Shown here piece after piece: positions 14,739 through 26,871 of a stretch of 64,000 nt of DNA (the stretch's first letter is position 1; the number at the start of each line of letters is the position of its first letter). The notes under the pieces are model-generated. The model did not search any database. It was not told the origin of the DNA and saw nothing but the letters and a program-made list of their open reading frames with translations. The stretch is from Azolla caroliniana (lineage: Eukaryota > Plantae > Polypodiophyta), in assembly GCA_043228905.1 (NCBI GenBank), contig JBHGNT010000021.1, positions 9,238,001 to 9,302,000 on the forward strand, read 5' to 3'. The position numbers and the translations under genes are program-made.

Positions 14739-14750
14739 GCTCTGATACCA
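14739..14750 (-). other. primer binding site (tRNA-iMet) of copia B
   Basis: TGGTATCAGAGC on the minus strand immediately inside the LTR. Confidence 0.93.
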
Positions 14751-15188
14751 TGTGAAAGATTATGTGCAAAAGCAATAGAAAACGAACACAGAGAAAATAC
14801 GCAGGTTTAATGGAGAGCTTGACTATACACAGTATGTGGGAGAGACAGAGAGAGAACACTCATGAGCTAAATTCAAAAATACTAATTCTCTGTACATACA
14901 CCGTGCTCAGTGAGCACCTTTTATACAAGCCCTGACAATCGGGCTGACACAAGTACTAACAGTACTTGACTGCTCATAAATGAGCATCCACACTCACTCC
15001 CAAAATTATTCCTTTACGAGGAATATCTCTCTAACGCCCTTTCGGTTTACGCACCGATACGGCCTCTCGTTACGCACCGGTTTGCATATCCATTTTACGC
15101 ACCAGTTCGGCCTAACCAATCGGTCCCAACCGATCCGGTTCTCGGCTTGCTTAGCCGATCCGCTTGATTTTGAGCTTGTCTCTCAACA
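14751..15188 (-). repeat. copia B 5' LTR
   Basis: Direct repeat of 9447-9884; adjacent PBS. Confidence 0.95.
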
Positions 15189-16440
15189 AAAAGGTCATCA
15201 AGCATACGACCAATTGAAGGAAGAAAAAGACAAGTTGTTGCAAGAAAGGGACAAACTTCGGCGATCGGCAGAAGTCGAGATCGAGCGGCTCCAAGAAGAA
15301 CTCCGGCAACAGAAGGACCAGGAGGACCAGGCCCCACGCCAAATCAATCAAAGGCTGAAACAGAAAATGGAGGATTTTGACAGGTTGCACTGGGATCACA
15401 AGCACCTAGAGACGAAACACAAGAAATTGATGGCAGAAGGTGACCATCAACAAGAAAAGATGTGGGAACTCCAGGATGACATCCACAAGACGGCAGCAGC
15501 ATTGGCGGATGAAAGGACCAAGGGAGTCGAAGCGGCAAAGATGCTGGCAGAAGCGGCGAAGGACAAATTGGAGCTTACGCAGTAGCATCATGAGGAGATG
15601 GTACGAGCAAAGATGGCTCTGAACAGAGTTCAGACGACTTATCAGACACAATTGATGCAATATCAGGGACAAGCCGAGGCAACCACGAACCTCATAAAGC
15701 AATTAAAGGATGAAAAGCAAGCCGCATAGGAGAAGTCAAAGATGGGACTTGACCATATTCAAGATATTGTACTGACATGGAGGGACCGGACGAAGAAGTT
15801 AGTTGAAGAAAGTTCAGTACAGTGGTGGTCCAAATGGGCAAAGCAGGCAGTCAAGTTGCAGGTCTTGCAAGCGGATGCGGCGAACCGGCAAAAGGACGGC
15901 GATAACTTCTACAAACTTGACGCGGAGAGCATTGTGACCATACGGGAGGAGTTATCGGATGACTTCCTATCCTTGGCCGGAGAGCAACTGGTGGAACAGC
16001 TAGATACCCAACTCCAACTCGAGTGTTATGAATGGGAGCAGAGACAGCAAATGGAGCCTACAAGAACGGTGGCAATTAACATTAGTGACGAAGGGAAATC
16101 TCCAGAGCAAACGCCGAATGCAGCCAAAACCAAAGAAAGCCAGACAAAAGTAGCTCAAGAGGAGTAGCCGAAGGTAGCCGACCCGAAAGAGCGAGTGCAA
16201 GCCGGACATCAGGAGCAGGAGGAGCCCAGAACAAATGAGATGGAGACGGAAGCCCGGAAGGGACTGGAGCCAAAAGGGATGAAAGTCGAAGAGGAGGAGC
16301 AGGCCGAAGAGCAATAACAACAGCAGTCACAACAACAAATGGAGCAACTACCCGAAGAACCTCTAGAACCCTTGGACCAAAGCATTCTAGACATTTTGAC
16401 GGACGAATGATAAAGGGCTAACCGTGGGTTCAACGTACAA

Positions 16441-16930
16441 TGTATTGTCCCATGGGCATGCCATGTGTTGGACAGCAAGGCCAAAGGGCCGGTTAGAGTC
16501 CAGAATGTAAAAGGGTATTTAATTAGGAATAGGGAGTTGAAATTAATAAGTACAATGTTATATTGAAAAGTGGACGGACGAACCCAGAATCGGTATGCCG
16601 ATTCGGATCGTTGCCGGTTGCCGATTGTCAGTTGGGACTGGTTTGTAACTCAGTCGGACACCTATAAAAGGACCCGGCAAGAATGTAATCAATGATGGAA
16701 AATTAATAGAAGTGTTGTTATTTAAGTATGTTTAGTGTCTATTTGGTTATCGTCCTGTGCTTAATATAATTAATCTTATGCGTGTGTTACGACTAATTAA
16801 CAGTGCCGGTTAGTAACCGGTTAAGACCCATTCGATACTACGGTCTATCCATATCTCCTCATACCACCCTTTGGTGAAGTGTTCCATAGGGACACCCTAT
16901 GTTAGGGCTTGTCCAGCCTAAGGGATAACA
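16441..16930 (+). repeat. 3' LTR of gypsy element (5' boundary approximate)
   Basis: TGTATTGTCCC ... GGGATAACA imperfect inverted ends, internal CCTATAAAAGG TATA at ~16661. No clear PPT seen. Confidence 0.55.
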
Positions 16931-18356
16931 CTTATGTGGTGTGTGGGGAACGAGATCCGATGTCTCGATCTTACATATAGCTTGCATCTCTTCATTCATG
17001 GCTTCGACCCATCGTGATTCCTTGACTACCTTAGAAAAATTTTCTAGTTCTCGGAATGTTGCCACCTTCATCATAAAGGCATAGTGATATGCCATATAGT
17101 CATCGTAACCAAATCAGCTGACCGGATTTTTCTCACGAGTGGAGCAACAGAGCTTCTCGTTTGCAACAGTTATTGCTTTCTTTACTCCATTTTTCTGGAT
17201 CATCCGAATATCAAGGCCTCGAACTCACTATTGAGTGATTGAGTTGACTCATTGTTGTCTAGGTCTTCATACTCCGGCATTTTGGCGTTACCTTTCTCCA
17301 TCTTTAGACTAGGCCAAGATGTGCTTTGATCACTCGAAGGCTCTTGTGGCCCACTGATGCTAGTTATGATCGGGTTGTGTTTTGTTGCATGCCACAGTCA
17401 ACCGTCATCTTCTACCTCTTCTTCAGCCAAATTTGGGTTGACAAGGATTAGAGTTGGAGTTGTCTCTAGTTCGTACCAAGATGTCGACTTGTTGAATATG
17501 ACATCCTGGCTCACTCGAACTTTTTGGGTAGTTGGATTACAGGATTTGTACCCCTTCTATTCCAGTGAATATCCTAAGAGGATATATTTCACCGCCTTTG
17601 GATCAAGATTTTGTAGCTTCTCGTTGGGTACATGTACATACACAATTGAACCGAATATCCTAATGTGAGATCAATCTAATTTCTTCCCATAAAACTTTTC
17701 ATGGGGCATTACGTCCTGCACTCCCAATGTTGTGCACCGATTCATCAGGTAGACGGTTGTGTTTGCCACCTCTACCCAATATGACTTTGGCAGATTTTTC
17801 GTTCATCATTGCTCTTGCCACCTCTAGTATGTGTTGATTTTTGTGTTCAGCCACTCCATTTTGTTGACGTGTGTGTCAGCATGAGATCTCCCATCGAATT
17901 CCTTCCATTCGAACATAAGCTATAAATTCGTCCGAGAAGTACTCTTTACCCCCATCTAATCGAAGGCATCTAATGTACCGACATGTGGCTTTTTCAACAC
18001 TTTGCTCTTCTGTCGTATGGGGTAGATCCAGGTGTCCCTAGAGAAATCGTTAATGAACGTGACATAATATTGGCATCCACCGAATGTGGTTTTCTGTGTC
18101 GGTTCCCAAACATTGTCGTAAAGATTGTGGTTGTGTGTCGCAATTGTCGGGGTTCTATGACTCGAGGGTGATCATGCGGATGATACGAGGACAAGAAGGC
18201 GAGAAGACAAGATAGATGTAATGTTGTCACGAAAAGAATTTTAATTGTAAAAGACCACTTACAATATTTATTTGCTAAAAGTTACTTAGCAAGAATCGAA
18301 CTCAACTCCTCTCCTCTCTTAAAAGTAACACTTATCAAATCAATCACTTCAACACT

Positions 18357-18724
18357 TTTCTTTCTATATTGATTTTTCTTATGCTACAAAACTTGTTTAC
18401 CAAAAAATAGCTGTTTTGGGAGGACTCAAACCCACAACCTCCATTTGAGAAGAGTCGCTTGAGAGAGACCACTTCAACTTCTTCGTTCTTGCTTCTTCTT
18501 TTTTTCTTCCATTTCTATCTTGTATTTAGCAGGACATTGGCTTCACAAGCGAACTCTGCATCCTTCCCTCTCACGAGCTTCTTCCCTTGCTTTCTCCCTT
18601 CTCTCTCTTCTTCTTCTCCTCCTCCTCTCTTCTCCACCATGGGGGTGGCTTTTACAAGGGGGTCAACTGCCCAGCCACCCTCTTGAGGCAGTTGACAAAC
18701 CGCCTCATGCAAGGGTGGTTATTT

Positions 18725-18756
<32 letters not shown>

Positions 18757-18758
18757 TT

Positions 18759-18814
<56 letters not shown>

Positions 18815-18886
18815 TATTTCTTTATTTCTTTATTTCTTTCTTTCTTTCTTTATTTATTTCTTTATTTATTTATTTATTTATTTATT

Positions 18887-18918
<32 letters not shown>

Positions 18919-18940
18919 TATTTATTTATTTATTTATTTA
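18357..18940 (-). repeat. direct repeat unit 1 (LTR-like TATA/R segment) ending in (TTTA/TTTC)n
   Basis: About 80-85% similar by eye to 23863-24345. Confidence 0.8.
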
Positions 18941-19680
18941 TTAATCCTCATGCCACTGTTGTGCCTTTTATTGTTATGGTGGATCCTGAAGAATGTGAAA
19001 ACATTGAAGATTTTGATATAAGAAAGCATGATCAATATAATTACTTTGTCATTGGTGGATCGCATTCAACGGAGGCACATTGGCAACTTGTGAGATAACA
19101 TCCAATGACTTTCTTCTTCAAGTATGCCGAGTGCAAAATTTACGTGGGTCTCACAATTGAAGAGGCAAAGTTGTTGCCATGGGACCACAATAACGATAAT
19201 GACTATAGGCAAAAAATGTCATCGATTGAGCGTATAAGGTTCTTCCACCATGAGTATTTGGACATCAAATAAAAGTTTGGTGTGAAGTTACATCCAGGCC
19301 TACGATGTCAATGCTTGCATGAAGTCGACATTGTGGTAGATGATAATGTTAAGTCTGATGGTCTTCGAAAATATGAGTCTTGGTTTCAACTTGCCTTTAG
19401 AGATGGAGAAGTATGGGACCTACAAGATCAAATCTTCTCAATGTGGGAGAATAAGGAGGTCAAGGGTCAACGACAAAAGAAATGTAAGGTAGACCCTCAA
19501 CTAGAATTAAAGTCACAAGCGGCCAAGAAAATTGATTTGACAATTGAGGAAGCGGCTGGCGACATGAAGTTGTCTATGTGGAGAGCGATGCAATGTATTA
19601 AGGACGAGTAGCTTCTTGTGTTTGTTTTGTCAATGGTTGTGGCCAAAGATTTAAGCCTTGAAGAAATGGTCACTAAGTTC
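18941..19680 (+). pseudogene. fragment of ParB/Srx-like gene (paralogue of 52326-53080)
   Basis: INPHATVVPFIVMVDP...YFVIGGSHSTEA...FFKYAECKIY...WDHNNDNDYRQKMS...GLRKYESWFQLAFR aligns with ORF 51933-52904; contains several stops. Confidence 0.88.
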
Positions 19681-19833
19681 CTATTTAAAACCTAAACTTT
19701 AAACAAGAACTCGATACGCCGTATCAAGTTCCTGTATAAAACCTAAACTTCAAACAGAAACTCGATACGTCGTATCGAGTTCCTATATAAAGTTTGTATT
19801 TTATACAGGAACTCGATACGGCGTATCGAGTTC
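19675..19833. repeat. array of 25-bp palindromes GAACTCGATACG-n-CGTATCGAGTTC with 51-bp period
   Basis: Copies start at 19707, 19758 and 19809; a truncated half-site ends at 19680. Confidence 0.92.
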
Positions 19834-19883
19834 TTGAGTGCTAAAACATATTTACAAAAATGTCCACAATGTTAGAGGCCTAC

Positions 19884-19918
19884 CTGGAGTCCTGGCGCTC
19901 GATTTTCTTTGAAGACAT
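19884..19918 (-). pseudogene. putative exon 1 (MSSKKIERQDS) of the copy-1 ParB-MTase gene
   Basis: TATAAATA at 20026-20033, AGCAC-repeat 5'UTR, ATG, and phase-2 AG|GTAGGC donor. Same layout as 50947-51110 in copy 2. Confidence 0.6.
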
Positions 19919-20039
19919 GGTTGATCTTGTCGAAGCGTAGGCGGAGATCACGCTTTCGTGCTTCGTGCTCTATGTGCTCTGTGTGCTATTGTGCTTTGTG
20001 TGATTGAAATATGACGAGGTCTTCCTATTTATAGGGATT

Positions 20040-20450
20040 GACTAGAGTGGTTAATGTAACCACAGTCACCTTAACTAGGGTTGGCAAGCTTGAGGTTAGT
20101 TAGTTAGTAACCACAGTCACTTTAACCAGAGTTACTTATGATTGCATCAATGATTACAAAGTCAAACTAACATATTCCTGATTATTTTATAGTCAAAATA
20201 ACATACAATAACTTTGAAGGTCATGAAGGAAACAATGATAGAGGTTCATGAATGAACCAATGATTGATTACTAAAAGCACCATTTTTATGACTCTTAATT
20301 GCTTTGTATTAAAGATGTGGGCATGAATGAACCAATGATTGAAAAGTCTTATATTTAAAATGGTGGGCATTAATGAACCAATGATTAAGAAGTTCTATAT
20401 TAAATATGGGTGCCATTAATTAACTAATGATTTTAACTTTAATCCAACAT
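20040..20450. promoter_or_regulatory. putative bidirectional promoter with repeated CATGAATGAACCAATGATT motifs
   Basis: Five degenerate copies (~20221-20430; three retain CCAAT) and two GTAACCACAGTCAC copies between the divergent genes. Confidence 0.45.
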
Positions 20451-20716
20451 ATATATGGCTTGGTAATGATTATAATTATATTATACTTGATTTAACTTTA
20501 TATAGACTAGTTTAAGTAATTATTAATATGTTAAATACAATTACTATATTAAAAATAATATTTTTTATGTATTTTATTAATATAATATTAAATAATATAG
20601 ACATTATATTGAGGGAGCTTCTATTTAGAGAGGAGTATATGTTTAGAGAGGAGCTTATTAGTTTCTTGCCTTAGCCTAAGCACATAACTTAAAGAGCTCT
20701 GTCTAGACCTTAAGCC

Positions 20717-23497
20717 ATGAGTGAAGATTCACCATTCTTGATTGAAGAATATTGTTTGTCATCAGACTCTTTGTTTACTACTGAAGAGTATTGTTTGTCG
20801 ACAGACTCACCATTCTCTATTGAAGAATATTGTCTGTCGACACACTCACCATATTCTATCGAAGAGTATTGTCTAAGCTCATCTTCACCTACAACGAATG
20901 TGAATAATGACACATGTGAAAAGTTCTCTATTGAAGAATACGATATTGATAAAGATACGGAGAATGAAGGTAGTGCCAATGAAACATCAAATATCAGGGG
21001 CGATGGTCACAACAAAGAATTGGATAGTAACAAGGTTACACCAACTTCTATGCAGGAAGACAAATCTGGAAGCCCTATGCATATTAGAAGAATCCCTCGA
21101 AGAATTCGTCTAGCTAGATTTAACTTGGTGACATCAGATAAACAGATTGTATTTGATGTCAAAAAAATATGTTGTGCCCGTGGTTGTATGTCTATGATTG
21201 GAAAATCAAAGTTGCAAGAATTAAGGCGATACTATTTTTCTATGACTGATGATGAGCAAGAAACTTACCTCGAGTCACATATGCAACTAGTGTCAGAAAA
21301 ATGTACGGGGATCAAAGTATCATTCGAGTATTATATCTTCCATGTGCAACAGATATGTAGAGTTGCATTCAAAATTGTGTTATGTGTTAGTAACATGCGG
21401 CTACATAGAGTATAACAACATCTACTTAGCGGGGATCAGATGCTCAATTGTAAAGAGGTTCCAAGTATGAAAGGTGCAATTGGAAGACACGCTATTGGTT
21501 GGATGAAAAGTTACTTTCAATTAAATTGTGAAGTAATGCCCACTACAGGGAGGATGCACCTCTCTGATAATTACACACGTCGGGAAGTTTATGATGTCTA
21601 TCGATCTGATATGGTGGGCTCACGTAATAAGTCAGTCACATATAGCCAATTCACAAGATTATGGAGAGCTCGGTTTTCAAATGTTATCATTCCACGTAAA
21701 GTACGCATTGGGTATTGCTCCATTTGTGCAAATCTTAAAAGTTTGGCTAAAGGTGCAAATACATCAATGGAAAAGGATATGAGTAAGAAGTTACTACAAG
21801 AGCATCGTGAGGCACAATCGTTAGAACGAAAGAAGGCGATACATCAGAGAGAGAAGTGGCCGAAAATTACATGTGCTTAATGATAGATGGCATGGACCAG
21901 AAGAAGACGTGTTTGCTGCATATGCGGAGGCTCCCCAAAGATGTCAATGATGAGTGCCTTGTTCAAATGCACTTGGTGGGATGCTTGGCTTATAATAGGT
22001 CAGTTGGACCTCACATCTTCATTACATACCCCAATGTTCACAATGACCCTAACCTAACAGTTACAGTGATTCACCGAGTTTTGATGTCTTGGGGCCAACC
22101 TTTCCCCCCTGTTCTATAAATTCAATTGGACAATACTGCTAGAGAAAACAAAAATTCAATTGTGTTTGGCTATCTAAACTTGTATGTTGGTCAACCAAGG
22201 AATGTTTAGAAAAGTGAAAGTCAATTTTCTTTTGGTTGGCCACACACATGATCATATAGATCAGATGTTTAGCACATTCTCTAGACAGTTGTCTCGGCAT
22301 GATGCTTTCACATTACCTAAACTATTTGATGTCATTTGTGATGCATATACACCACGCCCAAAAGTGTTACACTTGAAGGAGGTATATGACTTTAAGAGAT
22401 ATATATCAGATGGGGGTGTTGGGAATGTTAAAGTGCTCGCCCAATTAAACAATATAAGCTTCAATCACATTTTTATGATAAAGAAAAATAAAATAAGTCG
22501 TTCTACGCTTTTGTATGCTAAACAATATTCATCTTCTACAACATGGGAACCTGAAGGTGGTTGCCAGTTATTACTTTGTATGCCGAGTACAATTGTCCAT
22601 GGAGCTAAGCAAATGCCAACTGAGAAGAAAGGACAGTTGCATAGTGACTTGGTATCGGAACAAAAACGGTTATGGCTCCAAGCCTTAGAAGAAAAAAGAA
22701 AGCATATTGAGGCCGCCAAGAAATATGCCGCACAACAAGACACGTCATGGTGGGATGTATTTTATAGTGATCAGAAAGGAATTATAGACAATTGTGTATT
22801 TGGTGATAATTGGAATTTGGAAACGCCATTCACATGGTCGCTGCAACATGATCGTGTAAATAAAACTCTGGAGCAACCAGCAAATGCAATTAATGACAGT
22901 TTGGTCCATCCACAACAAAGAGACATTTATGTGGGACCGAGGATGACCAAAGCAGCCGAAGCTAGATGGCAAGGCAATTTGCAAGAGCTCACGGCGGCGA
23001 TGTTGATTGCAACGCCAGCTGATGAGAACTCACATGGCCACCAATTTTGGGTTGGTAAAATTCTAGAAGTGCTAATGCATGAAATAAAAAACACGATCAA
23101 GTCTATAAACGTTCATTGGTACAACACTAGAAGTGCAAATGCTTTTACAGGTAAGTATACATTGGAGATGATTGAATGCCCAACAAGAAGGGGAGGTAGG
23201 AAGAGGAAGCGAAACATTCGTAACACCTCGACCCTTGATATCTCTGATGTGGATATCATCGTGTACGACTTTGTACTTACAAAAGCTGGACGATTAAGGA
23301 AGTCAACAATAGATATAATAAAAGAAAAATTACGAGGTCTACAAGGTGGCTCGAGTCAAAGGCAAACGAGATCTACTACATATAATCTACAGTCAAACCA
23401 TTTGGTTTATGACGAAGATAATGCACTGATTGGTACATCCGAGGATGACGAGGAGGAATCGTCATTGTATATTAGTTATAGTAGTGATTCTCCGTAA
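20717..23497 (+). pseudogene. Sola-like (DUF7869-type) DD(E/D) transposase, about 925 codons, with 2 stops and 2 frameshifts
   Basis: CCxxxC, CxxC (YCSIC), MIDGMDQ, QLDNTARENKN and FLLVGHTHDHIDQMFS motifs across four consecutive ORF pieces. Confidence 0.82.
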
Positions 23498-23862
23498 AGG
23501 AGTGATCACGAATGTATTTTTGGCTATTAAGTGTAACTACATTCCGCTTGTAACAAATCGAGTAATATAAAAGCATGTGTTTTGAATTCTTATGATTTCT
23601 GAAAAATCATTTCTTATAAAATAACATTGGTCGTAAAGTTTGTGATATAAATTGAGAATGTAACTTTTTGAAATTCTTTTTTTTTAGTTACTTCTAAATC
23701 ACGAAAATAGTGGATTTTTAACCTTTTTCATAGTATGTTTGAACATGTATGATACTGGTATCAATGTGTTTTGTAAAATCATTGAAAAAGCCCTAAAATC
23801 AACCAAAATTTTCCTTATCCTTCCATTTATGCGCGATCCTTGCACTTGTGAACGCGAACGTG

Positions 23863-24345
<483 letters not shown>

Positions 24346-25142
24346 TATACTTTTACATTCGAGAAATTACAAAATCATCCTCTTTTAATTTTGAACTCCC
24401 CCTTTTGATATAATTACAAATTTGTCTTGAGTGATCTTGAAGGTAACATTAATCCTTCCAGGGGCTATATCTTGGGTTTCTAAACTCCGATTCACAAACC
24501 GAAAAATCGTACATGATCCTCGATACAAGCTCTAGATGGGAAATGTCTTTCTATAGATTTTTAACATATTTTTGATATCATGAAGCCTCAACTTCACGAC
24601 AATGTCAGAGTGGACTACGTCCAAGACTACTTTGCTCATATTCCTCTTTGTCGAGAATGGATGTCGGCGTTGTTTGCCGAATTGACATGCCTCACATATA
24701 CCAATTCAGCTCTCGTTTTCTTTCAAATATAGGAGTCCAATGATGACTTATATCGATTGCATGTTCTGGAGCTTCCGGAGATTAATGTGGTCGATTATTT
24801 TGTGCCACAATTTCAAAGTCGGTGTTGGCTTTGAGGCCTTTTGCAAACATGGCCCACTTCACCGCATTCAACTCGAGGATGAACATTTGACCTTCTCTTC
24901 GACTATGAGAATCGACCATCTTTTTCAATGAAGCACCCTTCATTGTTGAAGTTCACTTGGATGCCTTGTTCTACTATCTGGCCAACCGAGACCAGATTTT
25001 TTGTGATGGTCGGGACATACAGAATGTTCTTTATGTAGGTTTGTTTGTCTTCATTCCCAAATGGGACATTACCAACATGTTCAATGTGGTGAATTGTGTC
25101 ATCCCTTGTTTCGACACAGCCAGGTCGATCACCTTTTCAGGT

Positions 25143-25430
25143 CAAAGCATGTGAATGGAAACACTATTATAGCTAACATGTAGCTAAAATGACCACAACT
25201 AGGTAGTTTTTTTATAGCTAATTTTTAGTGGGAAAATCTTAAAGATACATATCATTTATTATGGGAATGGAAATATTATTGTTTATGGTCCACATTTTAG
25301 CTAGTCCTTATTTGAGATCACATTCGAATTATCCCTAAAATTGCCAAAATATACAAATTACATGCAGCTTTTTGCCTAGCTAATTAGTTACGTCAAGGAC
25401 ACAACTAATTGTTCCCATTCCCATGCTTTC
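25143..25430. mobile_element. MITE inserted in copia C
   Basis: TIRs AAAGCATGTGAATGGAAACA / TGTTCCCATTCCCATGCTTT; AT-rich interior; interrupts the copia ELRK|DRPG frame. Confidence 0.7.
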
Positions 25431-26585
25431 ACGCTTTCGTAATTCTCAGAGCCAATCTTTGTCAAAAGTCGTGTGATTGGATGCTCCTAAGTTGACAAAC
25501 CATACATTTTCGAACACAGAGGTGTTGGTCGGGCTTGGTGCCGATATTGAATGTGCCTTGTGCCTCATTACAAACATTCCTCCGTGGTCGTCATAGTCGG
25601 AGTTCATCACATAGTTTGTGAGTTGTCGGTTACTCAATGCCGACTCTCATTTCTTCTTTCGGCACTCCTCTTCGCAGTGGCCGAGTTTTCTATAGTACCC
25701 ACATTCAATTAGGCTATTCTAGTGGCTTGGTACTGCATGATGGATCCCCCTTCTATCAAACTCCCTCGATGTGTTCCTGGCCTCTTGCCAATGATGGGGG
25801 TTGCGTTCTCAGGTCGATTGACTGTGTTGGCCTCGATTTCCTTGGTCAAATCCTCTTCCCTCGCTTGACTCGGAGTAGAGCATCTGACCGTTTGGCGCAT
25901 TGCTCCTTGGTCGGACATGATTTTCTTCGACTAATAGAATCGAGTGAAGGTCAAGAACGGAGGGAGGATATTCCCTTGAAAGAATGGTCTCTCTGATTGT
26001 GCTGAATCATGGGTCACCAAGGCATATTTGCACCATTTCATCATCGTCGATGCTAACATTGATGGACTCAAGGGAGTCGCACAGCTCCTTGATCTTTAAG
26101 GTGTAGCTAGTGACCAACATGTCCCTTGGTTGTATATTATTCAACTCTTGTCAAAGTTGAAGTTTTTGTGCAGCCGTATTGGCTACGAACATCTTCTTGA
26201 GGTTGCCCCGAGCTTCTTTTACCGATTTTTTCTCTTGAATATAGTTGAGCATGTGGTCATGAATGCATGATGCTAGGCAGTACAACACATGACTAATCGC
26301 TTGCTCCCATCCTGGGTAGTCGACATGTGTTGGATTGGGTTAGTGTTTCTTGAGCTCCTTCAATATAGCTCCAATATCCTTGACCGGTAAGGTATTGGTG
26401 CATCTTGTGTTCCCAAGATGCAAAGTTTGTCCTATCTAGCTTCTTTGTAGGAAGAACACTTCCCATCTGAGTGCTCATGGTGGCATTTTTCTTCTCTGGT
26501 GTTGAGCTGGTTCTATTTTGGTCGTCGACGTGAGACACAGCACAATTTAATAAACTTGATCAGAAAACCACACACTCTAATACCA

Positions 26586-26871
26586 TGTAAAGAAATGGAA
26601 ATGGTGTAGATGATCTTGTGCAACAAAAGAGGACAGTGTGTACGTGTGTGTAAGACAACTAGAGAGAGAGATATACAACAAGGATCCTGTATTAGCAATG
26701 AATTAGTTACAACCAAAATACACCGAACAATGACTAAGTTACAAAAAGGTTGGTTTAAATACCAACTAACCTAAGGCAACTACCCTTTCTACTATTTATA
26801 AAACTAGCCTAGTGTGTCCACTACTAGTGTGAAAGCCCTTACATTTGGGAAGTTAAGTTTGATTCTCAACA
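26586..26871 (-). repeat. copia C 5' LTR (same family as the LTR at 47137-47478)
   Basis: TG...CA ends; shares GGTTGGTTTAAATACCAACTA...GGGAAGTT...CTCAACA with 47137-47478. Confidence 0.85.

Larger units (their letters stand above)
9447..15188 (-). mobile_element. Ty1/copia retrotransposon B, full length with both LTRs, decayed ORF
   Basis: Two 438-bp TG...CA LTRs, TSD GAAAG/AAAAG, Met-tRNAi PBS, PPT, and gag-PR-IN-RT-RH fragments (DFGASNH, IHSDVWGP, DVKNAFLQG, ARTKHIEVHYH). Confidence 0.96.
7877..16410 (+). pseudogene. gypsy extra sense ORF (about 930 codons once copia B is removed): globular N-terminus plus long coiled coil
   Basis: ORF pieces 7877-9446 and 15194-16410 rejoin in frame across the copia B TSD (DNLQK|GHQAYDQLKEEK). 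TATA-like TATTTAAA at ~7632. Confidence 0.72.
3052..16930 (+). mobile_element. Ty3/gypsy non-chromovirus (Athila-like) retrotransposon lacking its 5' LTR, with an extra 3' ORF; interrupted by copia B
   Basis: gag remnant then PR-RT-RH-IN order, an extra ORF, and an LTR-like end ...GGATAACA at 16930 where copia C resumes. Confidence 0.88.

Noticed and set aside
9743-14745. Numerous plus-strand and alternate-frame ORFs over copia B and other retroelements
   Set aside because: Shadow ORFs of GC-rich pol sequence with no independent motifs.
18415-18480. tRNA gene or SINE (B-box-like GGTTTGAGTCC on the minus strand; similar at ~18295 and ~59560)
   Set aside because: No cloverleaf can be built and the motif lies within TE-derived sequence.
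18670-18725. Helitron 3' end (hairpin before T-rich target)
   Set aside because: No CTRR terminus and no Rep/helicase; better explained as part of an LTR-like repeat.
18520-18940. Hydrophobic FIYL/FLSF membrane-protein ORFs (also 23945-24388 and 43971-44430)
   Set aside because: Translations of TTTA/TTTC/TA microsatellites.
19675-19833. CRISPR-like array of palindromic repeats
   Set aside because: Spacers are similar to one another (tandem duplication), the context is eukaryotic, and there are no cas genes.
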